Shown here: piece by piece, positions 36,151-50,475 of the stretch
How positions within the stretch are numbered: position 1 is the first letter of the stretch
How the letters are laid out: each line of letters begins with the position of its first letter
From: Acidimicrobiia bacterium
GTDB taxonomy: Bacteria; Actinomycetota; Acidimicrobiia; Spongiisociales; ZC4RG35
DNA: 64,000 bases
Assembly (NCBI GenBank): GCA_965203555.1
Contig: CBDBCY010000004.1
Coordinates: 2,560,001 to 2,624,000, forward strand
Direction: 5' to 3'
The notes under the pieces: generated by a model
What the model was told of the DNA's origin: nothing
What the model saw: the letters and a program-made list of their open reading frames with translations, nothing else
Database searches by the model: none
Position numbers and translations under genes: made by a program

Positions 36151-37245
36151 ATGACGGCATCGTATCGGGATCGTTATGTGGACCTTCTGCGCTCGTTCTC
36201 GCTGGTGGTGGTGGTGATATGGCACTGGGTGTTCACGATTCTGGTGGTCTCGCCGGAGACGGTGTCGCCTTCCAACCCGATCGGCTTCACCCGTGGTCTG
36301 TGGGTGGCCACCTGGGTGCTGCAGGTGATGCCGGTGTTCTTCTTCGTGGGCGGGTACACGCACCACCGGTCCTTCCGCAACTACACCCGCGGCACGTCCC
36401 GCCGGTTCCTCAGACGCCGGATGGGAAGGCTGCTTGCGCCGGCGGCAGGTCTGGTGGCGGTTTGGCTGGTCATCGGTTGGGTGTTGGAGATCACCCTCAA
36501 TCCGGCCTGGGTCTGGTCGGCCGTGATCCTGGTGCTGTCACCGCTGTGGTTCCTCATTGTGTACATCGTGATCGTCCTCATCGCTCCGATCGCGGTGCGG
36601 GTTCATCGGCGGTGGGGAGAGATTGCCCCGGTGTGGCTGCTGGGACTTGCGGGTGTGCTGGACGTGCTCCGTTTCACCCACGGTCAGGGCTGGGCGGCCT
36701 GGGTCAACTTCCTGGTTATCTGGGGACTGGCCCACCAGCTCGGGTTTTTCTACGAACGGCTGGTGGCCGCGCCTCCCCGCACCGGCTGGATGATGTTCTG
36801 GGCCGGCCTCTTTGCCCTCGTCGCCCTTACCAACATGGGCTTCTACCCGCGTTCCCTGGTGGGTGTACCCGGAGAGCGGTTCTCCAACATGGGACCGCCC
36901 ACCCTTGCAATTGTCGCCCTGACGTTCCTGCAGGTGGGGCTGGTGCTGGTGATCCGACCCAAGGTGCTGGCCTGGCTGGAGAGGGGCTCGCTGAAGCAAC
37001 GGGTGGTGGGTTGGATCAACGAGCACGCCATGCCCCTGTACCTCTTCCACTCCACCGGAATGGCCGTAATGGTGGCGATCCTGTACGGCTTCGGCTACGT
37101 GCCGCCTGCCGAACCCACCCTCCAATGGTGGCTGACCAGACCCCTGTGGCTGATCGGCCCCGCCATGGCTACCTGGCCCCTCCTGGTTCTCTACCAGGTG
37201 ACCAAACGCTCGCCGGTAACCGCCATTCCCAAGGCGGCCGACTAA
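36151..37245 (+). CDS. Acyltransferase 3 family membrane protein
   Basis: RDRYVDLLR..VVIWHW, QVMPVFFFVGG, LWFL, SNMGPPT, YLFH. Confidence 0.9.
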   Translation: MTASYRDRYVDLLRSFSLVVVVIWHWVFTILVVSPETVSPSNPIGFTRGLWVATWVLQVMPVFFFVGGYTHHRSFRNYTRGTSRRFLRRRMGRLLAPAAGLVAVWLVIGWVLEITLNPAWVWSAVILVLSPLWFLIVYIVIVLIAPIAVRVHRRWGEIAPVWLLGLAGVLDVLRFTHGQGWAAWVNFLVIWGLAHQLGFFYERLVAAPPRTGWMMFWAGLFALVALTNMGFYPRSLVGVPGERFSNMGPPTLAIVALTFLQVGLVLVIRPKVLAWLERGSLKQRVVGWINEHAMPLYLFHSTGMAVMVAILYGFGYVPPAEPTLQWWLTRPLWLIGPAMATWPLLVLYQVTKRSPVTAIPKAAD

Positions 37246-37381
37246 GCGGGGGTCTGCTCTTGCGGACCGCAGACCGCCGGCAACCCGTATCCTGCCTCAG
37301 TCCTTGAGAAGAGATTCTCTACATCCTGGAGGGCAGTATCTTTCGTGAAGTTGGAAGGTTATGATCTGGAGACACTGCAGA

Positions 37382-37699
37382 ATGGGAGTTCATAAGGTGA
37401 AGGCGGTGCATGACATGGGCGGCACGCACAGCGAGGCGCCCATCGACCGTTCGGAGCGCCCGCTGATGGAGTGGGAACTGCGGACCAGCGCCCTGGTGGA
37501 TGTGCTCTGTGAAAAACGAGTGATCAACCCGGACCAATTGCGCCGCGGCATCGAGTCGATCCCGGCCGACAAGTATCAGGTCCTGTCCTATTACGAGCGG
37601 TGGGCGGCGTCGCTGGAGTTGCTCTTGGTCGAGAAAGGGCTTCTCACCCCCGGGGAGATCGATGCGCGCACGGCTGCGGTCGGGGAGAGGTGGGGCTGA
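37382..37699 (+). CDS. Nitrile hydratase beta N-terminal half / thiocyanate hydrolase ScnB-like subunit
   Basis: VHDMGG, EWELRT, LRRGIESI..YYERW..LVEKG. Confidence 0.88.
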   Translation: MGVHKVKAVHDMGGTHSEAPIDRSERPLMEWELRTSALVDVLCEKRVINPDQLRRGIESIPADKYQVLSYYERWAASLELLLVEKGLLTPGEIDARTAAVGERWG

Positions 37700-37700
37700 G

Positions 37701-37997
37701 TTGGGGGATTTTCGTCCCGGAGACGCAGTGAGGGTCCTGTCCTCCATGGTCGAGACTCATCACCGGACCCCCGGGTACGTGAAGGGCAAAGTGGGACGGA
37801 TCAATGCCCTGTCGGGGAGCTTCTACGATCCTGAGACTCGGGCCTACGGAGGGAGTGGAATCCCCAAACGAGAGCTCTACCTGGTTGAGTTCGACATGAG
37901 GAGTCTTTGGGGAAATCGGTATCGGGGGAGGGAAGGCGACAGTTTGCTGGTCGATCTGTACGAGCAGTGGCTGGAACCGGCAACCGAGTCGAACTGA
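37701..37997 (+). CDS. Nitrile hydratase beta C-terminal SH3-like half / thiocyanate hydrolase ScnA-like subunit
   Basis: FRPGDAVRV, HHRTPGYVKGKVG, LYLVEF..LW, DLYEQWLEPA; start inferred. Confidence 0.88.
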   Translation: MGDFRPGDAVRVLSSMVETHHRTPGYVKGKVGRINALSGSFYDPETRAYGGSGIPKRELYLVEFDMRSLWGNRYRGREGDSLLVDLYEQWLEPATESN

Positions 37998-38011
37998 TAC
38001 CGAGGCTGGAA

Positions 38012-38668
38012 ATGGACTCAGATCACCAGCACCCTCACGGAGACCACGACGATCACGATCATCGGAGAGTGGACGAGGACATCCAATTGAGCGAACCCGC
38101 CCGGCGTCTGTTGGCCATGGAGGAGCTTTTGGTGGAGAAAGGGGTGATTCACCGCCACGACGTGCAAAGGCTGATGGACCTGACGGCCGCCATGTCGCCG
38201 GTGGACGGCGCCAGGGTGGTGGCGCGGGCGTGGACCGACCCGGCTTTCAAGGATCGTCTGCTGGAAGACCCGCGGGTTGCTCTGGCGGAGTTGGGATACC
38301 CGCTCGTCTCCGGCGCCAAACTGGCCGTGGTCGAGAATACCGAGCAGGTGCATCATCTGGTGGTATGCACCCTCTGCTCGTGCTACCCCAGATCACTGCT
38401 CGGACCTCCGCCCGAGTGGTACAAGAGCTTCGCCTACCGGTCCAGGGCAGTCGTGGACCCTCGGGGCGTCATGGGAGAATTCGGTCTCGAGTTGGGAGAT
38501 GAAGTCGTGGTCCGGGTGGTTGACAGCGCCGCCGATCTTCGGTACATGGTGCTGCCTGTGCGTCCCGAGGGAACGGACGGCATGACAGAAGCGGAGTTGG
38601 CGGCGCTGGTCACCCGCGACAGCCTGGTCGGGGTCGGCGTGGCCAACTCGCCGGCGTCCGGCGTCTGA
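38012..38668 (+). CDS. Cobalt-type nitrile hydratase alpha / thiocyanate hydrolase gamma (ScnC-like) subunit
   Basis: Metal motif VVCTLCSCYPR (Thr = Co type), GARVVARAWTDP, WYKSFAYRSR, RYMVLP; His-rich N-terminus. Confidence 0.93.
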   Translation: MDSDHQHPHGDHDDHDHRRVDEDIQLSEPARRLLAMEELLVEKGVIHRHDVQRLMDLTAAMSPVDGARVVARAWTDPAFKDRLLEDPRVALAELGYPLVSGAKLAVVENTEQVHHLVVCTLCSCYPRSLLGPPPEWYKSFAYRSRAVVDPRGVMGEFGLELGDEVVVRVVDSAADLRYMVLPVRPEGTDGMTEAELAALVTRDSLVGVGVANSPASGV

Positions 38669-38783
38669 CGCCCCTCCGACCAACCGGTCCCAACCCGGTG
38701 ATGTTGCTTGCCCAGGGTGTCCGGCGGTCTCTTCCGCTCCGGTCCGGTGGAGAATGTGAGGGGAACCAAGGATAGGGATTTAC

Positions 38784-38813
38784 TTGACACCGAAGGCTTC
38801 GTGTGTATAGAGT
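38784..38813 (+). promoter_or_regulatory. Sigma-A promoter of rpoBC
   Basis: Consensus TTGACA (38784-38789), N18, TAGAGT (TANNNT). Confidence 0.7.
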
Positions 38814-38932
38814 AAGTCTCGGAGGGTGGCCATGGCATGGTCATGAATACAGATTTGCTCGACAGGTGGATGCCTGTCTATTATTAGCTATTGCTCTGTT
38901 TCTGCACGCCTGTTTCTAAGGAGGACCGCGTC

Positions 38933-42376
<3,444 letters not shown>

Positions 42377-42403
42377 AAGACGGCCTGATTGGAGAGATAG
42401 CCA

Positions 42404-45400
42404 ATGACAATGACTGAATCCAAATTCCACGCCGCCAATCACCGGATCGCTTTCGACGAAGTACAGATAGGCCTGGCCTCCAGCGATCAGATTCGCTCTT
42501 GGTCTTTCGGCGAGGTGAAGAAACCGGAGACCATCAACCACCGCACCCTGAAGCCTGAGCGGGACGGTCTGTTCGACGAGCGGATCTTCGGTCCGCAGCG
42601 GGACTGGGAGTGCTATTGCGGAAAATACAAGCGGGTCAGGTACAAGAGCCTGGTCTGCGAGAAGTGCAATGTGGAAGTTACCCGCTCCAAAGTTCGCCGG
42701 GAGAGAATGGGACACATCGATCTGGCCGCTCCTGTGGCTCATATCTGGTTTTTCAAAGGTGTTCCTTCCCGACTCGGGTATCTGTTGGACATCTCGCTTC
42801 GGGACTTGGAGAAGATCATCTACTTCGCCGCCCATGTGGTCACTTCGGTGGATCGGACCCGTCTGATCCGGGATCTCCCCGAATTGGAAAAGGACTACCT
42901 GGAGGAGATCGGAGAGACCAGAGAGGCCTTTGAGGAGTGGCGCGGCAACCGGCTGGAGACCCTTGAGATCGAGTTGGCCCGCATGGAGGAAGGCGGCGCC
43001 AAGGCTGCTGAGATTCGGGCTGCCGACAAGCTGGCGCAGACTCAGATCGCCGACCGGCAGCGGAGGATGGAGGACGAATGCGAACTGGCTTCCGAGGCCT
43101 ATGAGACCATTCGCCGTCTGCAGGTGAAGGATCTGGTCGAGTACGAACAGCTGTGGAAGGCCATGCAGTACAGCTATGGGGATTATTTCGAAGGAGGGAT
43201 GGGCGCCGAGGCGATTCGCGACCTGCTGGCCAACATGGATCTGGACGCCGAGATGGAAAAACTCCGAGAGGACATGGAGTCCAATTCGGCACAGCGTCGC
43301 CAGCGGGCCACGCTCCGGATGAAAGTGGTGCGCCCCTTTGCGGAAGGGTTGAACAATCCCACCAACATGGTTCTTCACACCCTGCCGGTGATTCCCCCCG
43401 ATCTTCGACCGATGGTGCAATTGGACGGAGGGCGCTTCGCCACTTCCGACCTCAACGATCTGTATCGACGGGTTATCAACCGCAACAACCGGCTGAAGCG
43501 ACTGCTGGAGTACGGCGCTCCCGAGATCATCGTCAATAACGAAAAGCGGATGTTGCAGGAGGCGGTGGACGCCCTGTTCGACAACGGTCGCCGCGGCCGC
43601 GCCGTGACCGGCCAGGGGACACGGGCTCTGAAGTCTCTTTCCGACATGATCAAGGGGAAGGCCGGCCGCTTCCGCCAAAACCTGCTGGGAAAGCGGGTCG
43701 ACTATTCGGGCCGTTCGGTAATAGTGGTGGGACCCCAGCTCCAGTTGCATCAGTGCGGACTGCCCAAGGAGATGGCGCTGGAACTCTTCAAGCCTTTCGT
43801 GATGAAGGGGCTGGTCGACACCGACAAGGCGCCGAATATCAAGTCTGCCAAGAGAATGGTGGAGCAACAACGCGATGAGGTATGGGATGTGCTGTCAACC
43901 GCCATCTCCGAGCATCCGGTACTCCTGAACCGCGCTCCCACTCTTCATCGACTGGGCATCCAGGCCTTCGAGCCGGTCCTGGTGGAAGGCAAGGCAATCC
44001 AGATTCACCCCCTGGTCTGTGAAGCCTTCAACGCCGACTTCGACGGAGACCAGATGGCTGTGCATCTGCCGATCTCGCCGGAGGCCCAGGCAGAGTCTCG
44101 CATCCTGATGCTGTCCCGCAACAATGTGCTCTCACCGGCTTCGGGTCGTCCCATCGTCACGCCCAGCCAGGACATGGTGATCGGGATCTACTACCTCACC
44201 GAACTGGAGCCTGACGTGACCGGCGCCGGACGGGTGTTCGGCTCGGTGGACGAGGCGATCATGGCATACGAACTCGGCGATCTGAACCTGCATGCTCCCA
44301 TCAAAGTGCGGCTCGGTGACTTGGCGGGTAGTAAGGAGCGTCACGAAGAACTGGAAGACGAGTTGGCAGGTTTGATCGGTCCGGATTGGATTTCCGGCGA
44401 TGCGCTGGCGGAGACCACTGTGGGTCGGGTCATGCTGAACACCGCGTTTCCCGCCTCCTTCCCCTTTGTGAATGCGCCGGTTATCAAGTCCGGAATTCGC
44501 AGGCTGGTCGAGGTGGCGATCAACCGCTATGCCCGCTCCCAGGTGGTGGACACGCTGGACAGACTCAAGGAATTGGGATTCCGATACGCCACTGTCGCCG
44601 GTCTCACCATCGGTTTGGAGGATGTCAAGACGCCCAGGGAGAAGAAGAGCATCCTGAGGCGACATGCCCGCAAGGCCGCAAAGGTCCAGGACCTCTACGA
44701 GAAAGGCGTGATCCTCGACAGCGAGCGCCGCTCCGAACTCATCGAGATCTGGAGCGAGGCCACCGAGGAAGTCAAGAATGAGATGGAGAAGACCCTCAAG
44801 GCCGAGAGATTCAATCCTCTGGAAATGATGGTCGGCTCGGGGGCGAGGGGCAACACCATGCAGGTACGCCAGATCGCCGGTATGAGAGGATTGGTGGCCA
44901 ATCCCCGGGGTGACATCATCCCCAGTCCCATCACCTCCAACTTCCGGGAAGGTCTGTCGGTTCTCGAGTACTTCATCTCCACCCACGGCGCCCGCAAGGG
45001 TCTGGCGGACACCGCCCTGCGGACGAGAGACGCGGGATACCTGACCCGCAAGCTGGTGGATGTCTCCCAGGAAGTCCTGGTCAGGGAAAAGGAATGCGGA
45101 AGCGACCGGGGAGTGTGGTTCGATGTCGTCGAGGTGGTCGATCAGGGGTCTTCGGGGCTACCCGAAGGTAAGACTCATGACGAGTTATTGACTCCGGTCC
45201 GCCACCTGCGCAGCCACATCTTCGGAAGAATCCTGGCCGAGCCGGTCAGGATCGGGCGGAAGGTGGCGACCACCGACCGTGGACACAAGTTGGCGGCTGG
45301 GCGCCTGATCGATTCCGACGCCATGGGAACCATCGTCGGCCACGCGACGGAGATCAGGAGAGTGAAAGTGCGGTCGGTGCTCACCTGCGACACCCGCGCT

Positions 45401-46501
45401 TCCGTCTGTCAGCTTTGCTACGGAATGAGCCTGGCCACCGGGAAGATGGTCGAAGAAGGGGCGGCGGTGGGAATCATGGCCGCTCAGTCCATCGGCGAGC
45501 CCGGAACCCAGCTCACCATGAGGACCTTCCACACCGGGGGTGTGGCCGGATCGGACATCACCCAGGGTCTGCCCCGGGTTCTCGAGCTTTTTGAAGCGAG
45601 AAGTCCCAAGGGCAAGGCTCTTCTGTCACCGATCAGCGGGTCGGTGGAAGTGATCGCCGACGGGGGCCGCCGTATCCGCGTCACCGGCAAGGAAGTCGGC
45701 AGTCCCAGCGAGGTCGAGATACCGCTTTCCCGCCATTCGCGGGTGAGGGTGGACAATTCCAGTTCGGTGTTGGCCGGGGATCCTCTCACCGATGGGCCGC
45801 TCGATCCCAAGGAGGTGTTGATATACCGGGGTGTCAGAGACGCTCAGCAGTACCTGGTCAATGAGGTGCAGAGGGTCTACCAGTCCCAAGGTGTCGAGAT
45901 CCATGACAAACACATCGAATTGGTGGTCCGCCAAATGCTGCGCCGGGTGAGGATCGTCAAGACCAACGATTCGAGTTTTTTGCCCGCTGAACTGGTGGAC
46001 GGACAGGTCTTCCTGGAAGAGAACCAGCAACTGTTGGAGGAAGGTAGGACTCCGGCTACCGGTCGTCCGGAGCTGATGGGTATCACCAAGGCTTCGCTGG
46101 CTACCGAATCCTGGCTGTCGGCCGCCTCGTTCCAGGAGACTGCCCGGGTGCTGACCGATGCGGCCATCTTCGCCAAGTCAGATTACATGAAGGGCCTCAA
46201 GGAGAATGTGATCATCGGCAAACTCGTGCCGGCGGGTACGGGCGCGGTCCAGTACCACGACCACATTCCCGATGTGCTGGGTTACGAACGCCCGACTGCT
46301 TCGGAGGAACTGGAGTTCGGTTCTGCGATGACTCCTTCGGAACTGGGTGGCTCGTTCAATCCGGTTGACGATCTGACCCGCGGACTGGGTGTCAGCGAGG
46401 ATATATTGAGTGCGGTGTTTTCCGGTTCTTCCCCGGACAACGGCGCCCCGGCCAATAGCGGGTTATCCGCCGACGGAGAAGAGTCCGCCAAGCAAGGTTG
46501 A
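42404..46501 (+). CDS. rpoC: DNA-directed RNA polymerase subunit beta'
   Basis: Zinc finger [38 protein letters not shown]; actinobacterial coiled-coil insertion. Confidence 0.99.
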   Translation: MTMTESKFHAANHRIAFDEVQIGLASSDQIRSWSFGEVKKPETINHRTLKPERDGLFDERIFGPQRDWECYCGKYKRVRYKSLVCEKCNVEVTRSKVRRERMGHIDLAAPVAHIWFFKGVPSRLGYLLDISLRDLEKIIYFAAHVVTSVDRTRLIRDLPELEKDYLEEIGETREAFEEWRGNRLETLEIELARMEEGGAKAAEIRAADKLAQTQIADRQRRMEDECELASEAYETIRRLQVKDLVEYEQLWKAMQYSYGDYFEGGMGAEAIRDLLANMDLDAEMEKLREDMESNSAQRRQRATLRMKVVRPFAEGLNNPTNMVLHTLPVIPPDLRPMVQLDGGRFATSDLNDLYRRVINRNNRLKRLLEYGAPEIIVNNEKRMLQEAVDALFDNGRRGRAVTGQGTRALKSLSDMIKGKAGRFRQNLLGKRVDYSGRSVIVVGPQLQLHQCGLPKEMALELFKPFVMKGLVDTDKAPNIKSAKRMVEQQRDEVWDVLSTAISEHPVLLNRAPTLHRLGIQAFEPVLVEGKAIQIHPLVCEAFNADFDGDQMAVHLPISPEAQAESRILMLSRNNVLSPASGRPIVTPSQDMVIGIYYLTELEPDVTGAGRVFGSVDEAIMAYELGDLNLHAPIKVRLGDLAGSKERHEELEDELAGLIGPDWISGDALAETTVGRVMLNTAFPASFPFVNAPVIKSGIRRLVEVAINRYARSQVVDTLDRLKELGFRYATVAGLTIGLEDVKTPREKKSILRRHARKAAKVQDLYEKGVILDSERRSELIEIWSEATEEVKNEMEKTLKAERFNPLEMMVGSGARGNTMQVRQIAGMRGLVANPRGDIIPSPITSNFREGLSVLEYFISTHGARKGLADTALRTRDAGYLTRKLVDVSQEVLVREKECGSDRGVWFDVVEVVDQGSSGLPEGKTHDELLTPVRHLRSHIFGRILAEPVRIGRKVATTDRGHKLAAGRLIDSDAMGTIVGHATEIRRVKVRSVLTCDTRASVCQLCYGMSLATGKMVEEGAAVGIMAAQSIGEPGTQLTMRTFHTGGVAGSDITQGLPRVLELFEARSPKGKALLSPISGSVEVIADGGRRIRVTGKEVGSPSEVEIPLSRHSRVRVDNSSSVLAGDPLTDGPLDPKEVLIYRGVRDAQQYLVNEVQRVYQSQGVEIHDKHIELVVRQMLRRVRIVKTNDSSFLPAELVDGQVFLEENQQLLEEGRTPATGRPELMGITKASLATESWLSAASFQETARVLTDAAIFAKSDYMKGLKENVIIGKLVPAGTGAVQYHDHIPDVLGYERPTASEELEFGSAMTPSELGGSFNPVDDLTRGLGVSEDILSAVFSGSSPDNGAPANSGLSADGEESAKQG

Positions 46502-46535
46502 AGGCGCCTGCCGGGGGATCAGATTCGGTGAGGAC

Positions 46536-47510
46536 TCACGGTTGGCGGACCCGGCCCGGCCCGCCGACCAATCCGATGGCAATTCCCAATCCGTTGGACA
46601 GTTGCATGATGGCTGCGGCCGCCCATTGTCGCGGCCTGGCGCCGGTGACAATCCCCAGATAGCCCAGCCAGACCGCGGTCGGGAGAGGAAAGAGCCACCA
46701 CCATCCCCGGATGGGTGCCATCACCAGCGAGAGACTCAGGCCCAGTATCAGGCCGATGGGAGCAAGGGGACGGAGACTGGGAAATGCGCGGTTGGCGTAC
46801 AACATCTCCGCCTTGCCCTTGCCGTACAGGTAGAACTGCTTCCACAGTTTGGCCGGCGTTGAACGAGTCCGGTATCGAGAGGAGATGGCGGGATCCAGCA
46901 CCACGCTTCCTCCCTGTTTTCTCAACCGGTAGGCCAGATCGGTGTCCTCGGCCACTCCACTGGGAAACCTTCTGTATCTCAGTTCCAGCAGGCGCTTGCG
47001 TCGGATGGCGCCCAGATAGACGGTATCGGCCGGGCGCCGGACGCGGACCCGCCGATAGGGGGCGGGTCCCACTATCCAGGGGTTGCCCATTGCTGCAGCC
47101 ACTGCCCGGCCAAAAGGAGTTTCCCCCACCGGACACATCGGTCCTCCCACCAGGTCGGCGCCGGTTTGTTCTAGGGCTTCCACGTTCCGGCTGAGGTAGT
47201 CGGACCTGTAAACGGTATGGGCGTCCGCTCGGACGGCGACTTCTCCGGTCGCCGACCGCAGCGCCAGGTTGAGGCTCTCGGTTAGGTCCCTCGGTCCATC
47301 CGGGGAGAGGATCACTGTCAGGTGGGGCAAATTCCCACTCCAAGAGTGCAGCGTGGGTACGGTTCCGTCCGATGAGCCGCCATCCACCGCCACGAGCTCC
47401 CACTCGCCCGGGTAGGTCTGGCGTCGCAGCGATTCCATCACTTCGTCCAATCCTGACTCCTCGTTGAGCAGGGGCATGAGAACGGAGACGCTGGGCCACT
47501 GATTGGTCAC
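46536..47510 (-). CDS. GT2 glycosyltransferase (ExoA-like) with C-terminal TM helices
   Basis: VSVLMPLLNE, VDGGSSDGT, RADAH, AEDTDL..R, LWKQF..YG. Confidence 0.9.
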   Translation of the reverse strand: MTNQWPSVSVLMPLLNEESGLDEVMESLRRQTYPGEWELVAVDGGSSDGTVPTLHSWSGNLPHLTVILSPDGPRDLTESLNLALRSATGEVAVRADAHTVYRSDYLSRNVEALEQTGADLVGGPMCPVGETPFGRAVAAAMGNPWIVGPAPYRRVRVRRPADTVYLGAIRRKRLLELRYRRFPSGVAEDTDLAYRLRKQGGSVVLDPAISSRYRTRSTPAKLWKQFYLYGKGKAEMLYANRAFPSLRPLAPIGLILGLSLSLVMAPIRGWWWLFPLPTAVWLGYLGIVTGARPRQWAAAAIMQLSNGLGIAIGLVGGPGRVRQP

Positions 47511-47586
47511 GGGGTAATTGAACCATAGCCGTATGACGCGTCTCGTTGGCTGGACAACCTGCTCGAAGGCTTAGCATTCGTTTTCT

Positions 47587-48870
47587 ATGCGCAGCAGGTT
47601 CGTTCTGTCGATGGTGGTGATCGATCTGGTCCTATTGGTGGGATCGGTCGGGTTTTCATCGTTGATTCTGTACGGGACTCCTCTGCCCTGGGAGGCCCCG
47701 CAGGTCGGTCCGCAGGTGCTTCCCATGTTGGGATTCGTGCTGCTGGCCGCGGCGGGCGCCTCTACGGTCCTTTTGTCCATGTCGAGACCTGGGGTGCCGC
47801 GTCCCAGCTACGGCAGGGGCATGACGATGGTGGTGATCACCCTGTCCGCCGTGGCGCTCATGGTGTTGGCCACCCGAATATATTTTTCTCGCTCCCTCTT
47901 GCTGGTGACCATGGCGATGTGGGTTGTCGGCGTTGTGGCCCACCGGGTGGTGCGGCGCCGCCGTCCGTGGATCGAGCCGATGGTCGTGTTCTCTTCCGAT
48001 CTGCAGATGGTGGGGGAACTGCAACTGGCGCCGCACGCCGAGGTACGGGCGGTGATAGATCCCTCATCCCATCCCGACCACCGGCCCCTGGATCCGGGGA
48101 TCACCCTGGTGGTGGACATGGCGGCCACCCTTTCCCCCGAAGTGGCGCGGCTGGTGTCCGGGCATGATCTGGCCGGCCGGGTTGTGAAACCGTTGGCTTC
48201 CGTTTACGAGGAGCACACCGAACGGGTCCCGCTACCGCGCCTGGTGGAGGACTGGCAGATGACGACCACTCTGCACCGGGTGCGGAAGTGGTTGTGGGGA
48301 AAGCGGCTGTTCGATCTGGCGGCGGTGATCCTGACGTTGCCCATCTGGGTCGTCGTGGCCGGGGTGGTGGCCCTGGCGGTTAGGATGTCCTCCCCCGGTC
48401 CGGTGCTGTTCCGCCAGGTCAGAGTGGGAAGGGGGGGACGGCCGTTCACCATCTATAAGTTCCGGACCATGCGCAGCGACGCCGAAGCCGACGGTCCCCG
48501 ATTCGCCGAAGTTGACGACCCTCGCCTGGTCCGGGGAGGCGGGTTCTTGCGCCGGTACCGTCTGGATGAGATTCCCCAACTGTGGAACGTGTTGATCGGG
48601 GATATGAGTCTGGTGGGACCCCGCGCCGAACAAGCGCCCTTCGTCGAAGAGTTTTCTCGAGAGATACCTTTTTATTCGCTTCGACATCTCCTGAGACCGG
48701 GCGTAACCGGTTGGGCGCAGATCAACTCTGCTTATGCGGCCGATCTGGAAGGCACGGAGCGAAAACTCACCTACGACCTTTACTACATAAAGCACGTCTC
48801 CCCGATCTTGGACCTGCGTACCCTGTGGTCGTCGATCTGGACCGTCATCACCGGCTCGGGGTCCCGATGA
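47587..48870 (+). CDS. Polyprenyl-phosphate sugar-1-phosphate transferase (WcaJ/WbaP family, initiating EPS transferase)
   Basis: N-terminal TMs; KRLFD, YKFRTM, RLDEIPQLWNVLIGDMSLVGPR, RPGVTGWAQI. Confidence 0.93.
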   Translation: MRSRFVLSMVVIDLVLLVGSVGFSSLILYGTPLPWEAPQVGPQVLPMLGFVLLAAAGASTVLLSMSRPGVPRPSYGRGMTMVVITLSAVALMVLATRIYFSRSLLLVTMAMWVVGVVAHRVVRRRRPWIEPMVVFSSDLQMVGELQLAPHAEVRAVIDPSSHPDHRPLDPGITLVVDMAATLSPEVARLVSGHDLAGRVVKPLASVYEEHTERVPLPRLVEDWQMTTTLHRVRKWLWGKRLFDLAAVILTLPIWVVVAGVVALAVRMSSPGPVLFRQVRVGRGGRPFTIYKFRTMRSDAEADGPRFAEVDDPRLVRGGGFLRRYRLDEIPQLWNVLIGDMSLVGPRAEQAPFVEEFSREIPFYSLRHLLRPGVTGWAQINSAYAADLEGTERKLTYDLYYIKHVSPILDLRTLWSSIWTVITGSGSR

Positions 48871-50138
48871 ACGAAAGCCGGCGGCCGACCGGGCGCTCCG
48901 CCGAACGCGGCACCTCCATGATGGTGGTGGGCGCCGTGGCGGGAGGGTTGGCCGCCTACCTGTTCCATGCCATAGGGGGAAGGGGCCTGGGCGCGGACGC
49001 CTACGCTCCCATCGGCGTGATGTGGACCGCGGCTTTCATCACTGTTACGGTGCTTTATCTGCCTCTTGAACAGTGGGTTACCCGGGAAGTCACCGAAAGC
49101 AGGAATCCCATGTTGGGCGGGCGGAGATTGGTCTTGGTAGTGGTGGGGGTGGCGGTAGCGGCCTCCGCCGTTTCAACAGGGTGGGCGCTTCCCTCCCTGA
49201 CCGACCAGGTTGCAACCCATGTATGGCAGATGGTGCTGTTGATTCTCGGATACGGGTGCTTCTGGATCGGGAAAGGAGTGCTCCAGGGCAGGGGAAGATA
49301 CGGCCGCGTGGGTTGGATGCTCTGTACGGAAGGTTTGGTGAGGCTGGTGGTGCTGTGGGTGGTGCTGGTCACCGGAGGAGGGGCGGTGGGGCTTGGATGG
49401 GCGATGGCGGCTGCGCCCTGGGTGGTGTTCGTATTCGGTTTCTGGCGAGGACGGAGTCTGGATCATCCCCCCGCGGCCGGCCGGGTCTTCATGCAGCAAT
49501 ATGTGTTGGGGGCGGCGGCTGCCCATCTCCTGGTGGCGGCTGCCCCGCTGGCTGTCACCTATATGGGGGGCGCCGCCGCCCAGGTGAGCATGGTCTTTAT
49601 TGTTTTCGTTCTGTTCAGAGCCCCGCTCACTCTGATGTACAGCCTGCAGGGCCGGGTCCTCCCTCCATTGGTGCGAATGGTCGGCCGGGGTGAGGGTGAA
49701 TCGCTGCGCAGGCTGGGAGGAAGATTGTGGACGGGATCCGTGGGACTGGCGTTGCTGGCCGCTTTGCTGGGGTATCTGGTGGGACCGGAGGCGGTGGGAT
49801 TGTTGATGGGCTCGGACTTTGCTCCTCCGGCGGTGATGACCGCCCTGGTGGCAGGGGGGACCGTCATGGCGGCCGGTGTCCAACTCATGGCCCAAATCCT
49901 GGTGGCGGGATCGAGGACCGGCCGCCTGGCTACCGCCTGGGTGGTGGGATTGGCAGCCGCCGTCTTCGTCGTTTGGTTGAGCCCTTCAGGACCGGTGATG
50001 GCCGTGGCCACCGGGTTCTGTACAGGCGAAGCCATCGCTCTGATCGTGGTGGGGAGGATGGCCCTGTCCCGTTCGACTCTTCGCTTGTCCGGTTCTACTG
50101 TTCCCAGCGGCGATGATCGGAGCGTAGATAGGGGCTGA
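48867..50138 (+). CDS. Polysaccharide flippase/export-type (Wzx/MOP-like) membrane protein
   Basis: About 12 hydrophobic segments, RGLGADAY, PLEQWVTR, GVLQG; ATG overlaps the transferase stop. Confidence 0.75.
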   Translation: MNESRRPTGRSAERGTSMMVVGAVAGGLAAYLFHAIGGRGLGADAYAPIGVMWTAAFITVTVLYLPLEQWVTREVTESRNPMLGGRRLVLVVVGVAVAASAVSTGWALPSLTDQVATHVWQMVLLILGYGCFWIGKGVLQGRGRYGRVGWMLCTEGLVRLVVLWVVLVTGGGAVGLGWAMAAAPWVVFVFGFWRGRSLDHPPAAGRVFMQQYVLGAAAAHLLVAAAPLAVTYMGGAAAQVSMVFIVFVLFRAPLTLMYSLQGRVLPPLVRMVGRGEGESLRRLGGRLWTGSVGLALLAALLGYLVGPEAVGLLMGSDFAPPAVMTALVAGGTVMAAGVQLMAQILVAGSRTGRLATAWVVGLAAAVFVVWLSPSGPVMAVATGFCTGEAIALIVVGRMALSRSTLRLSGSTVPSGDDRSVDRG

Positions 50139-50475
50139 GCTGTGTGACCATGGACGAAGGCAGCAGGGGCACCCGCGACGGTATGCGGATGAGGTCTCCC
50201 CTCACCTCAACCAGACCGGCCGACAGCAGGACTCGCAGATAGAAGGGCTCCTGCACGGGTTTGTGCCGCAGTCCGGCCACGAATAGTTCCAGCAAGTCTC
50301 TGATCGCTCCCTTTCCTATCGCAGCCGCCCAGAAGCGGCGGACGTATTCGTGCCCTGGAGAGAACCCCTCCAAAGGGGGATGGAAGAGGTCGACTGAAAA
50401 GGAACGGGTGCGTGGAAAGCGGTTGACCGGCCGGTCGACCACCGGGGTTATACGGGGTACGGTTGTCACTGTCAT
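50095..50475 (-). CDS. Small conserved-looking hypothetical protein
   Basis: ATG start, protein-like composition (GFSPGHEYVRRFWAAAIG..VPLLP..L..DHRRW), AT-rich upstream region. Confidence 0.6.
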   Translation of the reverse strand: MTVTTVPRITPVVDRPVNRFPRTRSFSVDLFHPPLEGFSPGHEYVRRFWAAAIGKGAIRDLLELFVAGLRHKPVQEPFYLRVLLSAGLVEVRGDLIRIPSRVPLLPSSMVTQLSPYLRSDHRRWEQ

